Assembly (NCBI GenBank): GCA_016186705.1
Contig: JACPLB010000004.1
Location: 12,381-76,380, forward strand
DNA from: Candidatus Kaiserbacteria bacterium
GTDB lineage: Bacteria > Patescibacteriota > Minisyncoccia > Phycocordibacterales > JABMNX01
Reading direction: 5' to 3'
DNA: 64,000 bases
The position numbers and the translations under genes are program-made. The notes beneath the pieces were generated by a model. That model was given only the letters and a program-made list of their open reading frames with translations. It searched no databases and was not told the origin of the DNA. Every line of letters starts with the position of its first letter. The first letter of the stretch is position 1. Shown piece after piece: positions 1 to 9,652 of this stretch.

Positions 1-180
1 GACAAACTTCGGGAGTATTGCCTCAATGACGTGAAGATAACAAAGGACATTTACGATTTTGTCCGCGCACACGGATTCATCCGTTTCAAGGACGTCTCCG
101 AAATGAAGGAGGTAAAGCTCGACGCGTCAGAATGGGAAGCTGAAAAAAACGTTTCGATGACCCGCTCTCTCCCCTTTTGA
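1..180 (+). CDS. 3' end (partial) of a DEDDy-type 3'-5' exonuclease domain protein; the ORF runs in from beyond the window and ends at TGA 178-180
   Basis: Frame-1 translation ...LREYCLNDVKITKDIYDFVRAHGF... resembles the Exo III motif (Y-x3-D) of DnaQ/RNase D/PolA-type exonucleases. The fragment holds only 59 codons. Confidence 0.35.
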   Translation, partial: DKLREYCLNDVKITKDIYDFVRAHGFIRFKDVSEMKEVKLDASEWEAEKNVSMTRSLPF

Positions 181-184
181 ACTC

Positions 185-1012
185 CTAGGCGAGAGCGGCG
201 AAAATCAGGAGCGCGAGAATAACCCTATATACAACAAACACATTGAGTGTGTGATTCTTGAGGTAGAGCACCATAAAATGTATCGCAAAAAAACCAGTCA
301 CGAGCGCAGTAAAAGCGCCTATAAAAAGAGGTACCCCGAGTTCAATAAGGGCGCCACTTGAGCCGAGTTCAAGCAGTTTCTTCATGCCGGAGCCGAATAT
401 AATCGGGAAACCAAGTATAAACCCGAATCGCGTTGCTTCAACACGGGAGAGCCCCAGAAGGAGACCTCCCGCGATACTCGACCCTGACCGCGACATCCCC
501 GGGATGAGCGCGAGCGTTTGAAACATTCCTATCCAAAATCCGCGCCGCACGTTCAATTCACGATGACCTGTGGAAAGTCGCTCTGCAACCCAGAAAAGAG
601 CGGCTCCGAAAAGGAGCATCCATGCAACGAGCTCCGCACTTCGAAACGACGTTTGCATCACATCTTCAAGCAAGAGCCCGAAGATTACCGCCGGAACGGT
701 GCCGAGAGCGAGCGCACCAATGAATATTTTGTCTTTTGAGGAAATGTCGGAGCCTCGCACCCAGTTAAACGCGGCGTGTGCCATATCCAGAAATTCGCGC
801 CGAAAATAAATGAGAATGGCGATTGACGTCGCGAGCTGGAGCACCGCGTCCACGGAGAGACCGAACTCGGTCGGAAGTCCGAGCACTTCGCGGGCGATAA
901 TGAGGTGGCCTGAAGAAGAAATGGGAAGGAATTCCGTCAGCCCCTGTACCGCGCCAAGAATAAGTCCCGAAATAATGTCCATATCTATCGCATTATGCAA
1001 AATATGATACAC
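185..1012 (-). CDS. uppP: Undecaprenyl-diphosphate phosphatase (BacA/UppP)
   Basis: 275-aa polytopic membrane protein with the characteristic motifs ...LPISSSGHL... and ...PGMSRSGSSI..., and the typical length. Confidence 0.9.
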   Translation of the reverse strand: MYHILHNAIDMDIISGLILGAVQGLTEFLPISSSGHLIIAREVLGLPTEFGLSVDAVLQLATSIAILIYFRREFLDMAHAAFNWVRGSDISSKDKIFIGALALGTVPAVIFGLLLEDVMQTSFRSAELVAWMLLFGAALFWVAERLSTGHRELNVRRGFWIGMFQTLALIPGMSRSGSSIAGGLLLGLSRVEATRFGFILGFPIIFGSGMKKLLELGSSGALIELGVPLFIGAFTALVTGFFAIHFMVLYLKNHTLNVFVVYRVILALLIFAALA

Positions 1013-1042
1013 TAATCATACCTTAGATAACCCTAAAAACAC

Positions 1043-1762
1043 ATGGAAGGAGGCAAAAAATTTACCATCCCCGTAGCAATCGTCATTGCGGGAGCGTTAA
1101 TTGCCGGAGCGCTCTACATGACAAACCGCCCGGAGACGCAAGCGCCGCAAGGAACGATAAGCGGGCGTCCTCAAGTCTCTCCCGTCTCTTCCGACGACCA
1201 TATTCTTGGCAATCCAAACGCAAAAGTCGTCGTCGTCGAGTACTCGGATTTCGAGTGCCCGTTCTGTAAAAATTTTCACAGCGTCATGCACAGTATCATT
1301 AACGAATACGGGGCGCGGGGCGACGTTGCGTGGGTATACCGTCACTTCCCGATAGCCCAGCTTCACTCAAAAGCGCAAAAAGAAGCCGAGGCGTCGGAGT
1401 GCGCGGCGGAGCTCGGAGGCAATGAGGGATTTTGGAACTACGCAGACCGTCTGTTTCAGATAACGCCTTCAAACAATGGCCTTGACCTTGCTCAACTTCC
1501 GAGAATTGCTACAGATGTTGGGCTAGACGCAGCCGCGTTTCAGTCCTGCCTCGACAGCGGACGGTACGCGGAAAAAGTGGAACGACAGCTCAAAGAAGTC
1601 ATTGCCGCAGGTGGACGAGGTACTCCACACAATGTCGTTATTGTGGGCACGGAACAGGCGCCTATAGAAGGTGCACAGCCCCTTGAGGCGATGCGGCGCG
1701 TTATTGAAACCCTCCTTAATGGCTCCGGGCACGAGGGGGTGCCTATCGTACCGACGCTTTAA
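1043..1762 (+). CDS. DsbA-family thioredoxin-fold thiol:disulfide oxidoreductase, membrane-anchored
   Basis: N-terminal TM helix, CPFC active-site motif (EYSDFECPFCKNFH) and DsbA-like length. Confidence 0.8.
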   Translation: MEGGKKFTIPVAIVIAGALIAGALYMTNRPETQAPQGTISGRPQVSPVSSDDHILGNPNAKVVVVEYSDFECPFCKNFHSVMHSIINEYGARGDVAWVYRHFPIAQLHSKAQKEAEASECAAELGGNEGFWNYADRLFQITPSNNGLDLAQLPRIATDVGLDAAAFQSCLDSGRYAEKVERQLKEVIAAGGRGTPHNVVIVGTEQAPIEGAQPLEAMRRVIETLLNGSGHEGVPIVPTL

Positions 1763-1826
1763 AACGGCTTTGTTGAGGCACAAAAAACGCCACATCTATG
1801 TGGGTTATTTACGTGCGATGCCGATG

Positions 1827-2642
1827 TTACTCTCCCACAAGTCCGAGACGGTAAATATCAAAAGAGTTCTCCCCCTCAAACATGTCTGAAGGGTTCGGAA
1901 GGTACAGTCGGCGGCGGGTAATTTCTTTCGTCGCATCATTAATGAGCTTGCGGAAGAGAACGAATTCTTCCGCACAGTCTTCAAAATTGATGATGTATCG
2001 GCGCATCTGGGACGAGCCGTCTTTGTTTCTTGATTTTTTGCATTCGTACACGACAAACCGCCGCACTGGTTTTTTAAACGCTTCACGGACGGTGTAATAG
2101 TTAAACATTGCCTGGAGTATGAAGAGTGTTTTCCCTCTCCCGTAGGAGCTCCATGAATCAACGAACTTGTGGTCAATGATGTCAATCGCATTTTGGTCAA
2201 TGCGAGATTGGACAACGAGGTCGGACACGGCTTTGAGCGGAAGCGGAAGCCCTTTTATCTTCGCGAGCGCGTTTATTTCAACTCCAAGCACTTTATGGCG
2301 AGGTGGACGAGCAAGGTAAAATGAAATCGCCTGCTGGTATCCGCGCTCCATACCCGCCCGCTTCATTTTTTTTGCCCGTTTTGACTGCGCTTTCCCAAAA
2401 TTAATCTCAATATCCTGTATGTTTTTAAGGTAGTTAAGTCCAGAAAGAATTGCTTCTTCTTTTGCCACTCCCTTATAAAAATGTTCAAGTGCCACGTGCC
2501 CCGCCCTGCCAATAAAGGACGACGGCGAGGATGGAGTATCGTAGACCCCTTCAACATAGCGTTTGTACCACGCCAAGGGATTCCGCAGAAACGCCATAAG
2601 GGACGAGTAGCTCCAGTGCTCGATGGGAGGTTTCCGTTTCAT
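1827..2642 (-). CDS. PD-(D/E)XK nuclease superfamily protein (Cas4/RecB-like PDDEXK_1 fold, no Fe-S Cys cluster)
   Basis: Begins MKRKPPIEHWSYSSLMAFLRNPLAWYKRYVEG (typical N-terminus of PDDEXK_1 nucleases); IDIIDHK (D-x-K) and QAMFNYY (QxxxY) motifs. The ATG at 2642 was confirmed in the sequence; the ORF track extends further upstream, but that extension carries no start codon with matching features. Confidence 0.6.
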   Translation of the reverse strand: MKRKPPIEHWSYSSLMAFLRNPLAWYKRYVEGVYDTPSSPSSFIGRAGHVALEHFYKGVAKEEAILSGLNYLKNIQDIEINFGKAQSKRAKKMKRAGMERGYQQAISFYLARPPRHKVLGVEINALAKIKGLPLPLKAVSDLVVQSRIDQNAIDIIDHKFVDSWSSYGRGKTLFILQAMFNYYTVREAFKKPVRRFVVYECKKSRNKDGSSQMRRYIINFEDCAEEFVLFRKLINDATKEITRRRLYLPNPSDMFEGENSFDIYRLGLVGE

Positions 2643-2694
2643 TACGCAAAGTATATCCCATGAGATACAGCAGCGAAATGCCGTTTTCTTTCGG

Positions 2695-2734
2695 ACACCT
2701 ATTCTAATGTTCTTAAGAACATTAGAATAGGTGT
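2695..2734. repeat. 40-bp perfect palindrome acacctattctaatgttctt|aagaacattagaataggtgt
   Basis: Each half is the exact reverse complement of the other, checked base by base. It lies between the rpoD stop (2836) and the nuclease ATG (2642). No adjacent T-run, so it is not a classical intrinsic terminator. Confidence 0.9.
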
Positions 2735-2835
2735 AAGCGGACATGTAAACTGACACAGCCGGCTCTCTTGACCTCCTTTTGTTTAGTGAGTTAAAACTAA
2801 AATCTAAAACCTGACAGCTACAAGCTACAAGCCGT

Positions 2836-4107
2836 TTAATAGTTCTTAAGCTGGCTCGCGCGTTCGTGCTGGCGGATTTTCTCAAGTGCCTTTGCTTCAA
2901 TCTGACGGATGCGTTCGCGCGTGACGCCAAATTCCTTCCCCACCTCCTCGAGCGTGTGGTAGATGCCGCTCTCGAGCCCGTGCCTCATTTCAAGAATTTT
3001 CCGCTCTTTCGGAGAAAGTTCGTCAAGAATCTCCCGCACCTGGTCCGCGAGAATGCGGCGTGCGGAGAGCTGGTCAGGCGAGAGAATTTTATCGTCTGGG
3101 ATAAAATCGCCGAGCGTGGATTTATCATCCCCTTCGTCGCCCACGGGACTTTCAAGCGAGACGGTGTCCTGGTTGATTTTTTCAATATTGTGGATTTTTT
3201 CTACGTCAAGCCCCATCTCCGCGGCAATTTCTTCCGGAAGCGGGTCACGCCCGAGGTCCTGGCTCAACTGACGTACTTTCTGCTTATATTTCGCAATCGT
3301 CTCAACCATGTGAACCGGGATGCGAATCGTGCGCGATTGGTCGGCAAGCGCACGCGTAATCGCCTGCCGAATCCACCACGTCGCGTAGGTTGAGAACTTA
3401 TAGCCCTTTGTGTAATCAAACTTATCAACCGCCTTGAAAAGTCCGATGTTCCCCTCCTGGATGAGATCAAGGAGCGTCAAATCAGGGCTCCGCCCGACAT
3501 ACTTTTTCGCAATGGAGACAACGAGACGCAGGTTTGCGCGGGCGAGAAGATTCACCGCCTCCTGGTCGCCTTCGGTAATGCGCTTTGCAAGTTCGCGCTC
3601 CTGCACACCCGTCAGAAGCGGGTATTGTCCGATTTCCCGCAAATACATCTGAATCGAGTCGTACCCTCCGTCCTGCCGTCGATACAGATTTTTCTTGTCG
3701 AGCATGTCCTCTTCGGTTCCGCTTTCAAGAAGCCCTCCGCCCTCAAGCACATCAATGCTTGCGGTGTTGAAACGTTCGTACATATCTTCAAGAAAAAGGA
3801 AATCTTCCTCAATGTGCGGGAACTCTTTGAGAATCTGGTAGTACGTGACGTACCCGCGCTCACGTCCGCGCGCGAGGAGCTGCTCGGCTTTTTGTTCCCG
3901 TGCTTTGCTTTTCCTACCCGAAAGTCCTTTCTCCGAGACTGTCGGTGATTTTTGCATCGACTTCTTCACACCCTTTCGAAGAGTTCTCACTATCGGACCT
4001 TTTTTCTTCGTAGGTTCTCTTTTTTGCCACGCGCGCTTCTTCTTCGGTCTCCGTACCGTTTTCTTGACGCGAACATTTTTAACCGCCTTTTTCCTTTTAC
4101 TTCTCAT
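2836..4107 (-). CDS. rpoD: RNA polymerase sigma-70 factor RpoD, with a Lys/Arg-rich N-terminal extension
   Basis: Regions 2-4 are recognisable ([40 protein letters not shown]; C-terminal [23 protein letters not shown]). It follows dnaG in the classic operon. Confidence 0.95.
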   Translation of the reverse strand: MRSKRKKAVKNVRVKKTVRRPKKKRAWQKREPTKKKGPIVRTLRKGVKKSMQKSPTVSEKGLSGRKSKAREQKAEQLLARGRERGYVTYYQILKEFPHIEEDFLFLEDMYERFNTASIDVLEGGGLLESGTEEDMLDKKNLYRRQDGGYDSIQMYLREIGQYPLLTGVQERELAKRITEGDQEAVNLLARANLRLVVSIAKKYVGRSPDLTLLDLIQEGNIGLFKAVDKFDYTKGYKFSTYATWWIRQAITRALADQSRTIRIPVHMVETIAKYKQKVRQLSQDLGRDPLPEEIAAEMGLDVEKIHNIEKINQDTVSLESPVGDEGDDKSTLGDFIPDDKILSPDQLSARRILADQVREILDELSPKERKILEMRHGLESGIYHTLEEVGKEFGVTRERIRQIEAKALEKIRQHERASQLKNY

Positions 4108-4133
4108 ACTAAAACAGTGTTACACGTATAATG

Positions 4134-5861
4134 CTATGCGCCAAGAAATAATTTGAGTTTCTCGGCTATCTCCTTACTTTTTGTGAGTAGCCGGGACGAT
4201 GTCTCCCTATCCTCTCCGGTCTCGGCTTTGCGAAGCGCCGCAATTGTTTCTTCAAGTTCTTTTTGCGTCTCGCGATACGAAAGATAGCGAAGCAAGTCGT
4301 CCACGTCTTCTTTTAGCAAATGTTCTTCTTCATAGAGAAGTTCCGTTTTAAATATATACTGCTCTTTTTCCTTCTCCGCTTTCACACGGAGACTCTCCAG
4401 CGCTTTTTCTCCAATCGCGTTCTTCAGGGCATCCTTGAGAGTCGGAATATCGATGATGGGCTTTTTAAGAGACTCTTGCCAAAGTATGATATGAACGAGT
4501 TTATTTTCGGGAGTGTCACGCGGAGGTATCTTTTCCTTTTTACCTTCTCCGACACGAGATGTCGGCTCCCTAAGTTCATTCCTCAGACGCTCCATACTTG
4601 CTTTAATGACATCTTCGGAGACTCCGACTTCCCGCGCGACCAGCTGTATGAAGTGTTCCCGGTCAATGGCGCTTTTAATTTCAGCAAGAAACGGCAGGAC
4701 TTTTTTCTCCACCTCAAGTTTAAATTTCCTGTCATCGTAGCCGAAGGTCCGCAACTGCGCGAGAGAGAACTCAACAATATGCACCGATTTTTTTATCGCT
4801 TCCTTCCACTTCCGCGGGTCGGCACGCACAAGCTCCGCAGGGTCAACACCCAAAGGGAGGGCGGCAATTTTTACGTCCATACCGAGAGAGAGCGCGAGTG
4901 ACGCACTTCGACCCGCGGACGCGACACCCGCTCTGTCCGCGTCAAACGCCATGACGATATTTTTCGACAGCCGGTTGAGAAGCGTGAGCTGTTCTCTCGT
5001 GAGCGCGGTTCCCGAGACGCCGACCGTATTCGGATAGCCCGCCTGGTGAGCGAGGACAACATCCATCTGTCCCTCAACAAGTATTGAAAAATTGAATTTC
5101 TTAATCGCTCCTTTGGCAATGTCGTACCCGTAGAGAATCCGCGATTTGTTGTACAAGGGTGTCTCGGGGCTATTGATATACTTTGCCGGTACGACGCCGT
5201 CTTTACCCGAGACTTCGGGAAAAATCCTCCCTGAAAAGGCGACAGTGCGTCCCGCACTGTCGCGGATTGGGAACATAATTCTTCCGCGGAACGTGTCGTA
5301 ATGGCGCGCGCCTTCCTTGTGTTCCGCTTTTTTTATCAAACCAGCGTCAAGGAGCTCACGCTCCCCATAGCCGTCTTTCTTCAGATGGTCGTAGAGGTTC
5401 CTCCATTCAGACTCCGCGTAACCGATGGAAAATCGGAGCATTGTCTCATCGCTCACTCCCCGCCCTTGTAAGTACAGCATGACATCTGGATGTCTTTTTA
5501 TTTCATGCCGGTAGAACGCGTCTGCCTTCTTCAGCATGTCGTAGAGCCGCTCGCGCTTGTCACGGGTGTCTTTACTTTCACGCACAAGTTCCACGCCGGC
5601 CTTCTCGGCGAGAATCTTCAGCGCCCCGCTAAAGTCAACTCCTTCCATTTTTTCAACGAACGTGAATATATCTCCGCCCTGGCTTGTCGAGAAACAGTAG
5701 TACATATCGCGCTCCGGCGAAACGAAAAACGACGGAGTTTTTTCGTTGCTAAACGGCGAAAGTCCTTTGTAATTCTTGCCCGCCTTATGAAGCTTCACGT
5801 ACGAAGAAACGACGTCGATAATGCCCAGCCGTTCTTTTATTTGCTCGACAGGTGATGACAT
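4134..5861 (-). CDS. dnaG: DNA primase DnaG
   Basis: N-terminal CHC2 zinc-finger region (...YYCFSTSQGGDIFTF...), Toprim domain (LVEGQMDVV) and position upstream of rpoD. Confidence 0.9.
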   Translation of the reverse strand: MSSPVEQIKERLGIIDVVSSYVKLHKAGKNYKGLSPFSNEKTPSFFVSPERDMYYCFSTSQGGDIFTFVEKMEGVDFSGALKILAEKAGVELVRESKDTRDKRERLYDMLKKADAFYRHEIKRHPDVMLYLQGRGVSDETMLRFSIGYAESEWRNLYDHLKKDGYGERELLDAGLIKKAEHKEGARHYDTFRGRIMFPIRDSAGRTVAFSGRIFPEVSGKDGVVPAKYINSPETPLYNKSRILYGYDIAKGAIKKFNFSILVEGQMDVVLAHQAGYPNTVGVSGTALTREQLTLLNRLSKNIVMAFDADRAGVASAGRSASLALSLGMDVKIAALPLGVDPAELVRADPRKWKEAIKKSVHIVEFSLAQLRTFGYDDRKFKLEVEKKVLPFLAEIKSAIDREHFIQLVAREVGVSEDVIKASMERLRNELREPTSRVGEGKKEKIPPRDTPENKLVHIILWQESLKKPIIDIPTLKDALKNAIGEKALESLRVKAEKEKEQYIFKTELLYEEEHLLKEDVDDLLRYLSYRETQKELEETIAALRKAETGEDRETSSRLLTKSKEIAEKLKLFLGA

Positions 5862-5985
5862 AAGAAGTTTTATGATATCTCCGCCCCGCAGGTAGAGTAG
5901 CGGAAGCGAGGTTCTGAACTGTCGCGGTTCCGCACGAGGGAGTATATGTTATATAGTAGTGCGCAAAGAATTTTGCGCAAACGCA

Positions 5986-8900
5986 TTACCCCTCTGCCTC
6001 CGATGCTGCTTTTATTTCTTCCTGAAGTTTCTTGATGAGTTCTTCTTTCGGGCTTCCTTTAAAACCGGTCCCCGCAGGAATTAAGCGCCCAATGATGACG
6101 TTCTCCTTGAGTCCCTTGAGTTTGTCGACGCTCCCGCGCACTGCCGCGTTAATGAGAATGCGGGTCGTATTTTGAAACGAAGCCGCTGAAAGGAAACTTT
6201 TCCGAGAGAGGGACACTTCGGTAATACCCAACACAAGCGGTTCTGCAACAGCAGGGGTCTTTCCTGCGTCTTTCAAACGCTTGTTTTCCTCCAAAAGTTC
6301 CGCCTCTTCGACGACATCTCCCACGGCGTACGAAGAATCCTCCTGACTCTTTATCTTTCGACGAGAGAACATCTGCTTGACAATGACTTCAATGTGCTTT
6401 CGCGAGATAGTAACCCCTTGAAGCTCGTAAATCTTTGTCGCTTCGTTAATTATATACGCTTGCGCTATTTCTTTGCCGGCATACTTGAAAAGCTCAGCGA
6501 TATTGACAGAGCCGTCAGTCATAAATTGGCCTTTCTTGACGGAGTCCCCCTCTACAACTGTGGGTGTTCGCAGGAAATGGACGGGGTACTCAGTGTCCTT
6601 CTTTTTCGCGCTTTTCCCACCTTCGTCGGGTACAAGCACGATGACTTTCTCTTTGCCTTCTTGGCGAATGTCCGTCACCGTACCCGAGAGATGGGCAACT
6701 ATTGCGGCGTTCTTCGGCATGCGTTTTTCAAAGACTTCTTCAACGCGAGGCAAACCGTGTGTAATGTCTCCGCCCGCCGACGCAATACCTCCCGCATGAA
6801 ACGTGCGCATTGTAAGCTGGGTTCCGGGCTCGCCAATCGCTTGCGCGGCAATAGTTCCGACAGCCTCACCGATGTCAACAATTTCGCTCTTTGACATATC
6901 AGTGCCATAACAGGTGCGGCATATGCCGTGCGCCGTCTTGCACGTCATTGGAGAGCGCACAAATACTTCTTCAGCCCCGCCTTCTTCAATCTCTCGTGCC
7001 TCTTTCTGTAAAATAAGGTCACCTCTTTTATAGAGCACCGCGCCCTTTTTATCTTTTACCGATTCCGCAAGGTAGCGACCGACAATGTCGCGAGCGATTG
7101 AAACCTGGATGCCGGACGCGCTCTGTCTTGTAATTCGAACGCTTTCTTTTGTTTTACAATCGTCCTCGGAGATAATGGCGTCTTGTGCAACGTCAAAAAG
7201 CCGCCGCGTAAGGTATCCCGCTTTTGCGGTCTGAAGCGCGGTGTCGGTCAATCCCTTCCTTGAGCCGTGAGTCGTAATGAAATATTCAATCGGCGAGAGC
7301 CCTTCTTTCATTGACGCGATAATCGGGAATTCGATTGTCTCTCCCCGAGGGTTCTGGATAAGTCCCTTCATGCCCGCCATTTGATTAAGCTGACTTACGG
7401 AACCCCGGGCGCCGGAGATGAGCATGTCATGAACAGACCCCTTTGAGTCCAAAGACGCCGGAAGGAGCGCTTCAATCTTGTTTTTTGCTTCAAGCCATAT
7501 CCCGACAGACATGCGATGCCGCTCCCCTCGTGAAAGCAGTCCTTCATTATATTGGGAAATGATGTCGGCGTTTTTCTTTTTCGCTTCGGCAACAATCTCT
7601 TTTTTCTCTTTGGGAATGACCAGGTCAGAGAGACTCCATGTAATACCCGAGGAGGTCGCGTATTTGAAGCCGAATTCTTTTATCTTATTGAGAATATCGG
7701 GAATCTGCGCAAGCCCGTACCGTTCAATCAGACTGTCGACAAGTTTTGCCATTTTCTTGTTCGTCATTTCATCATTGATAAACGGATAGTCGCTCGGCAG
7801 AACGCTGTTAAAAAGCAACCGCCCGACGGACGTTTCAAAAACGCTTCCTTTGAATCCCTTGTATTTTTTACTGTCCGTTGGAAGCACTTTTACGCGCGCC
7901 CGAAATCCAACTTCCCCGAAATCATACGCCGTAATGGCGCTATTCGGAGTAGAAAAATGCTTGCCTTCTCCACGTTCTCCAGAGACTATTTTCGTCATCC
8001 AGTAGCATCCGAGAATGATGTCTTGCCGAGGATTCGTTACCACTTCGCCGCTTCCGGGCTTGAGTACGTTGTGATTCGCGGACATGATTTTTTCCGCTTC
8101 AAGCTGTGCCTCTTCCGAGAGCGGCACGTGCACTGCCATTTGGTCGCCGTCAAAGTCAGCGTTGAACGCGGAGCAGACAAGAGGATGAATCTGAATGGCG
8201 TTTCCTTCAATGAGAATCGGCCGAAACGCCTGGATGCCCTGGCGGTGCAAGGTCGGGGCGCGGTTGAGAAGTACGTGTTTGTCCTGAATGACTTCTTCAA
8301 GGATTGCCCAGACTTCAGGAATGCCGTCGTCAATCAAACGCCCCGCACCCCTGATGTTGTACGCGAGTTCTTTTTCAAGAAGTTTGGAGATAACGAACGG
8401 GCGGAAAAGTTCAAGCGCCATATGTTTTGGCAATCCGCATTCGTCAAGTTTCAGGTGCGGGCCGACGACAATGACGGAACGTCCGGAATAATCGACTCGT
8501 TTCCCCAAAAGGTTTCCGCGGAAATATCCCTGTTTCCCCTTTAGGTAATCGGAAAGCGACTTGAGCGGACGACGTTGTGATTGGCTCATCGCGGAAAAGG
8601 CGGTATTGCCATGCCGTATTGAATTATCCAAAAGCGCGTCAACCGCCTCCTGGAGAATTCTCTTTTCATTGCGCAAAATGACGTCAGGCGCCTGGATATC
8701 CTTGAGTTTCTTCAAGCGATTGTTTCGATTGATGACCCTCCGGTATAGGTCGTTGACGTCGGATGATGCATGGCGACCTCCTTCGAGCGCAACCATTGGC
8801 CGGAGCATGGGCGGAATAACCGGAAGGCGCACGAGAAACATCCATTCCGGACGCACTTTTGCGCGTATCATTGAGGAGATGAGAGAGAGGCGTTTGTTGA

Positions 8901-9651
8901 GTTTCACCTTCTCCACCGCGCCCGCTTTTTCTTTTTGTTCTTCAAGCGTCTTTGCGAGTTTCCCGAGGTCAAGATTCTTAAACAAATTGTAAATTGCTTC
9001 GGCGCCGATTTCCGCTTCAAAGAGGCCCCCAAATCTCACCGAAAAAGTGTGATATGCGACTTCGTCAAGGACACCCCCCTCGGTAACACTTTCAATGTCA
9101 CGTTTTGTCTGTACTAAAAGCTCTTTGAGTTTCGTCTTTGTCTTTGAATCGGTTGCCGCTTTTACTTTCGTTTTATACTCGGTATCGAGCTCTTTGAGAA
9201 GCCGGGTCTTTTCCTCTCGGCTGACTTTTGTAATGATGTAGCCGGCAAAGTAGATGACCTTCTCAATCTCGCCCGCCGAGAGCCCAAGAATGAGCGCGAT
9301 ACGCGACGGAATACTGCGGAGAAACCAGATGTGCGACACCGGCGTCGCAAGTTCAATGTGCCCCATTCGGTCGCGGCGAACAATTGAGCGCGTCACTTCG
9401 ACTCCGCATTTCTCGCAGACGATGCCTTTAAAGCGAATTCCACGGTACTTTCCGCAGTAACATTCAAAATCCTTCTCGGGACCAAAAATCTTTTCGTCAA
9501 AGAGACCGTTTTTCTCGGCTCGCTGGGTGCGATAATTGATAGTCTCGGGCTTTGTCACTTCTCCGTGCGACCAATCCAAAATCCGCTCAGGAGACGCGAG
9601 TTTAAGCGTAATCATGTCAAAATACTGGTTTGTGTGGGAGTCCCTCTTCAT
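5986..9651 (-). CDS. rpoC: DNA-directed RNA polymerase subunit beta' (RpoC)
   Basis: Conserved LASPERILDWSHGEVTKPETINYRT, zinc-binding CxxC...CxxC, NADFDGDQM catalytic motif. The ATG at 9651 lies 1 nt after the rpoB TAA; the ORF-track start at 9693 would overlap rpoB. Confidence 0.95.
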   Translation of the reverse strand: MKRDSHTNQYFDMITLKLASPERILDWSHGEVTKPETINYRTQRAEKNGLFDEKIFGPEKDFECYCGKYRGIRFKGIVCEKCGVEVTRSIVRRDRMGHIELATPVSHIWFLRSIPSRIALILGLSAGEIEKVIYFAGYIITKVSREEKTRLLKELDTEYKTKVKAATDSKTKTKLKELLVQTKRDIESVTEGGVLDEVAYHTFSVRFGGLFEAEIGAEAIYNLFKNLDLGKLAKTLEEQKEKAGAVEKVKLNKRLSLISSMIRAKVRPEWMFLVRLPVIPPMLRPMVALEGGRHASSDVNDLYRRVINRNNRLKKLKDIQAPDVILRNEKRILQEAVDALLDNSIRHGNTAFSAMSQSQRRPLKSLSDYLKGKQGYFRGNLLGKRVDYSGRSVIVVGPHLKLDECGLPKHMALELFRPFVISKLLEKELAYNIRGAGRLIDDGIPEVWAILEEVIQDKHVLLNRAPTLHRQGIQAFRPILIEGNAIQIHPLVCSAFNADFDGDQMAVHVPLSEEAQLEAEKIMSANHNVLKPGSGEVVTNPRQDIILGCYWMTKIVSGERGEGKHFSTPNSAITAYDFGEVGFRARVKVLPTDSKKYKGFKGSVFETSVGRLLFNSVLPSDYPFINDEMTNKKMAKLVDSLIERYGLAQIPDILNKIKEFGFKYATSSGITWSLSDLVIPKEKKEIVAEAKKKNADIISQYNEGLLSRGERHRMSVGIWLEAKNKIEALLPASLDSKGSVHDMLISGARGSVSQLNQMAGMKGLIQNPRGETIEFPIIASMKEGLSPIEYFITTHGSRKGLTDTALQTAKAGYLTRRLFDVAQDAIISEDDCKTKESVRITRQSASGIQVSIARDIVGRYLAESVKDKKGAVLYKRGDLILQKEAREIEEGGAEEVFVRSPMTCKTAHGICRTCYGTDMSKSEIVDIGEAVGTIAAQAIGEPGTQLTMRTFHAGGIASAGGDITHGLPRVEEVFEKRMPKNAAIVAHLSGTVTDIRQEGKEKVIVLVPDEGGKSAKKKDTEYPVHFLRTPTVVEGDSVKKGQFMTDGSVNIAELFKYAGKEIAQAYIINEATKIYELQGVTISRKHIEVIVKQMFSRRKIKSQEDSSYAVGDVVEEAELLEENKRLKDAGKTPAVAEPLVLGITEVSLSRKSFLSAASFQNTTRILINAAVRGSVDKLKGLKENVIIGRLIPAGTGFKGSPKEELIKKLQEEIKAASEAEG

Positions 9652-9652
9652 G

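Noticed and set aside
7552-8544. 330-aa plus-strand ORF, with other 100-250-aa ORFs at 6394-6894, 10065-10802 and 11195-11623, antisense to rpoC/rpoB
   Set aside because: They lie entirely inside strongly supported rpoB/rpoC coding sequence on the opposite strand. They have low-complexity, Arg/Ser-rich translations and no start-site signals, typical shadow ORFs of long GC-balanced genes.
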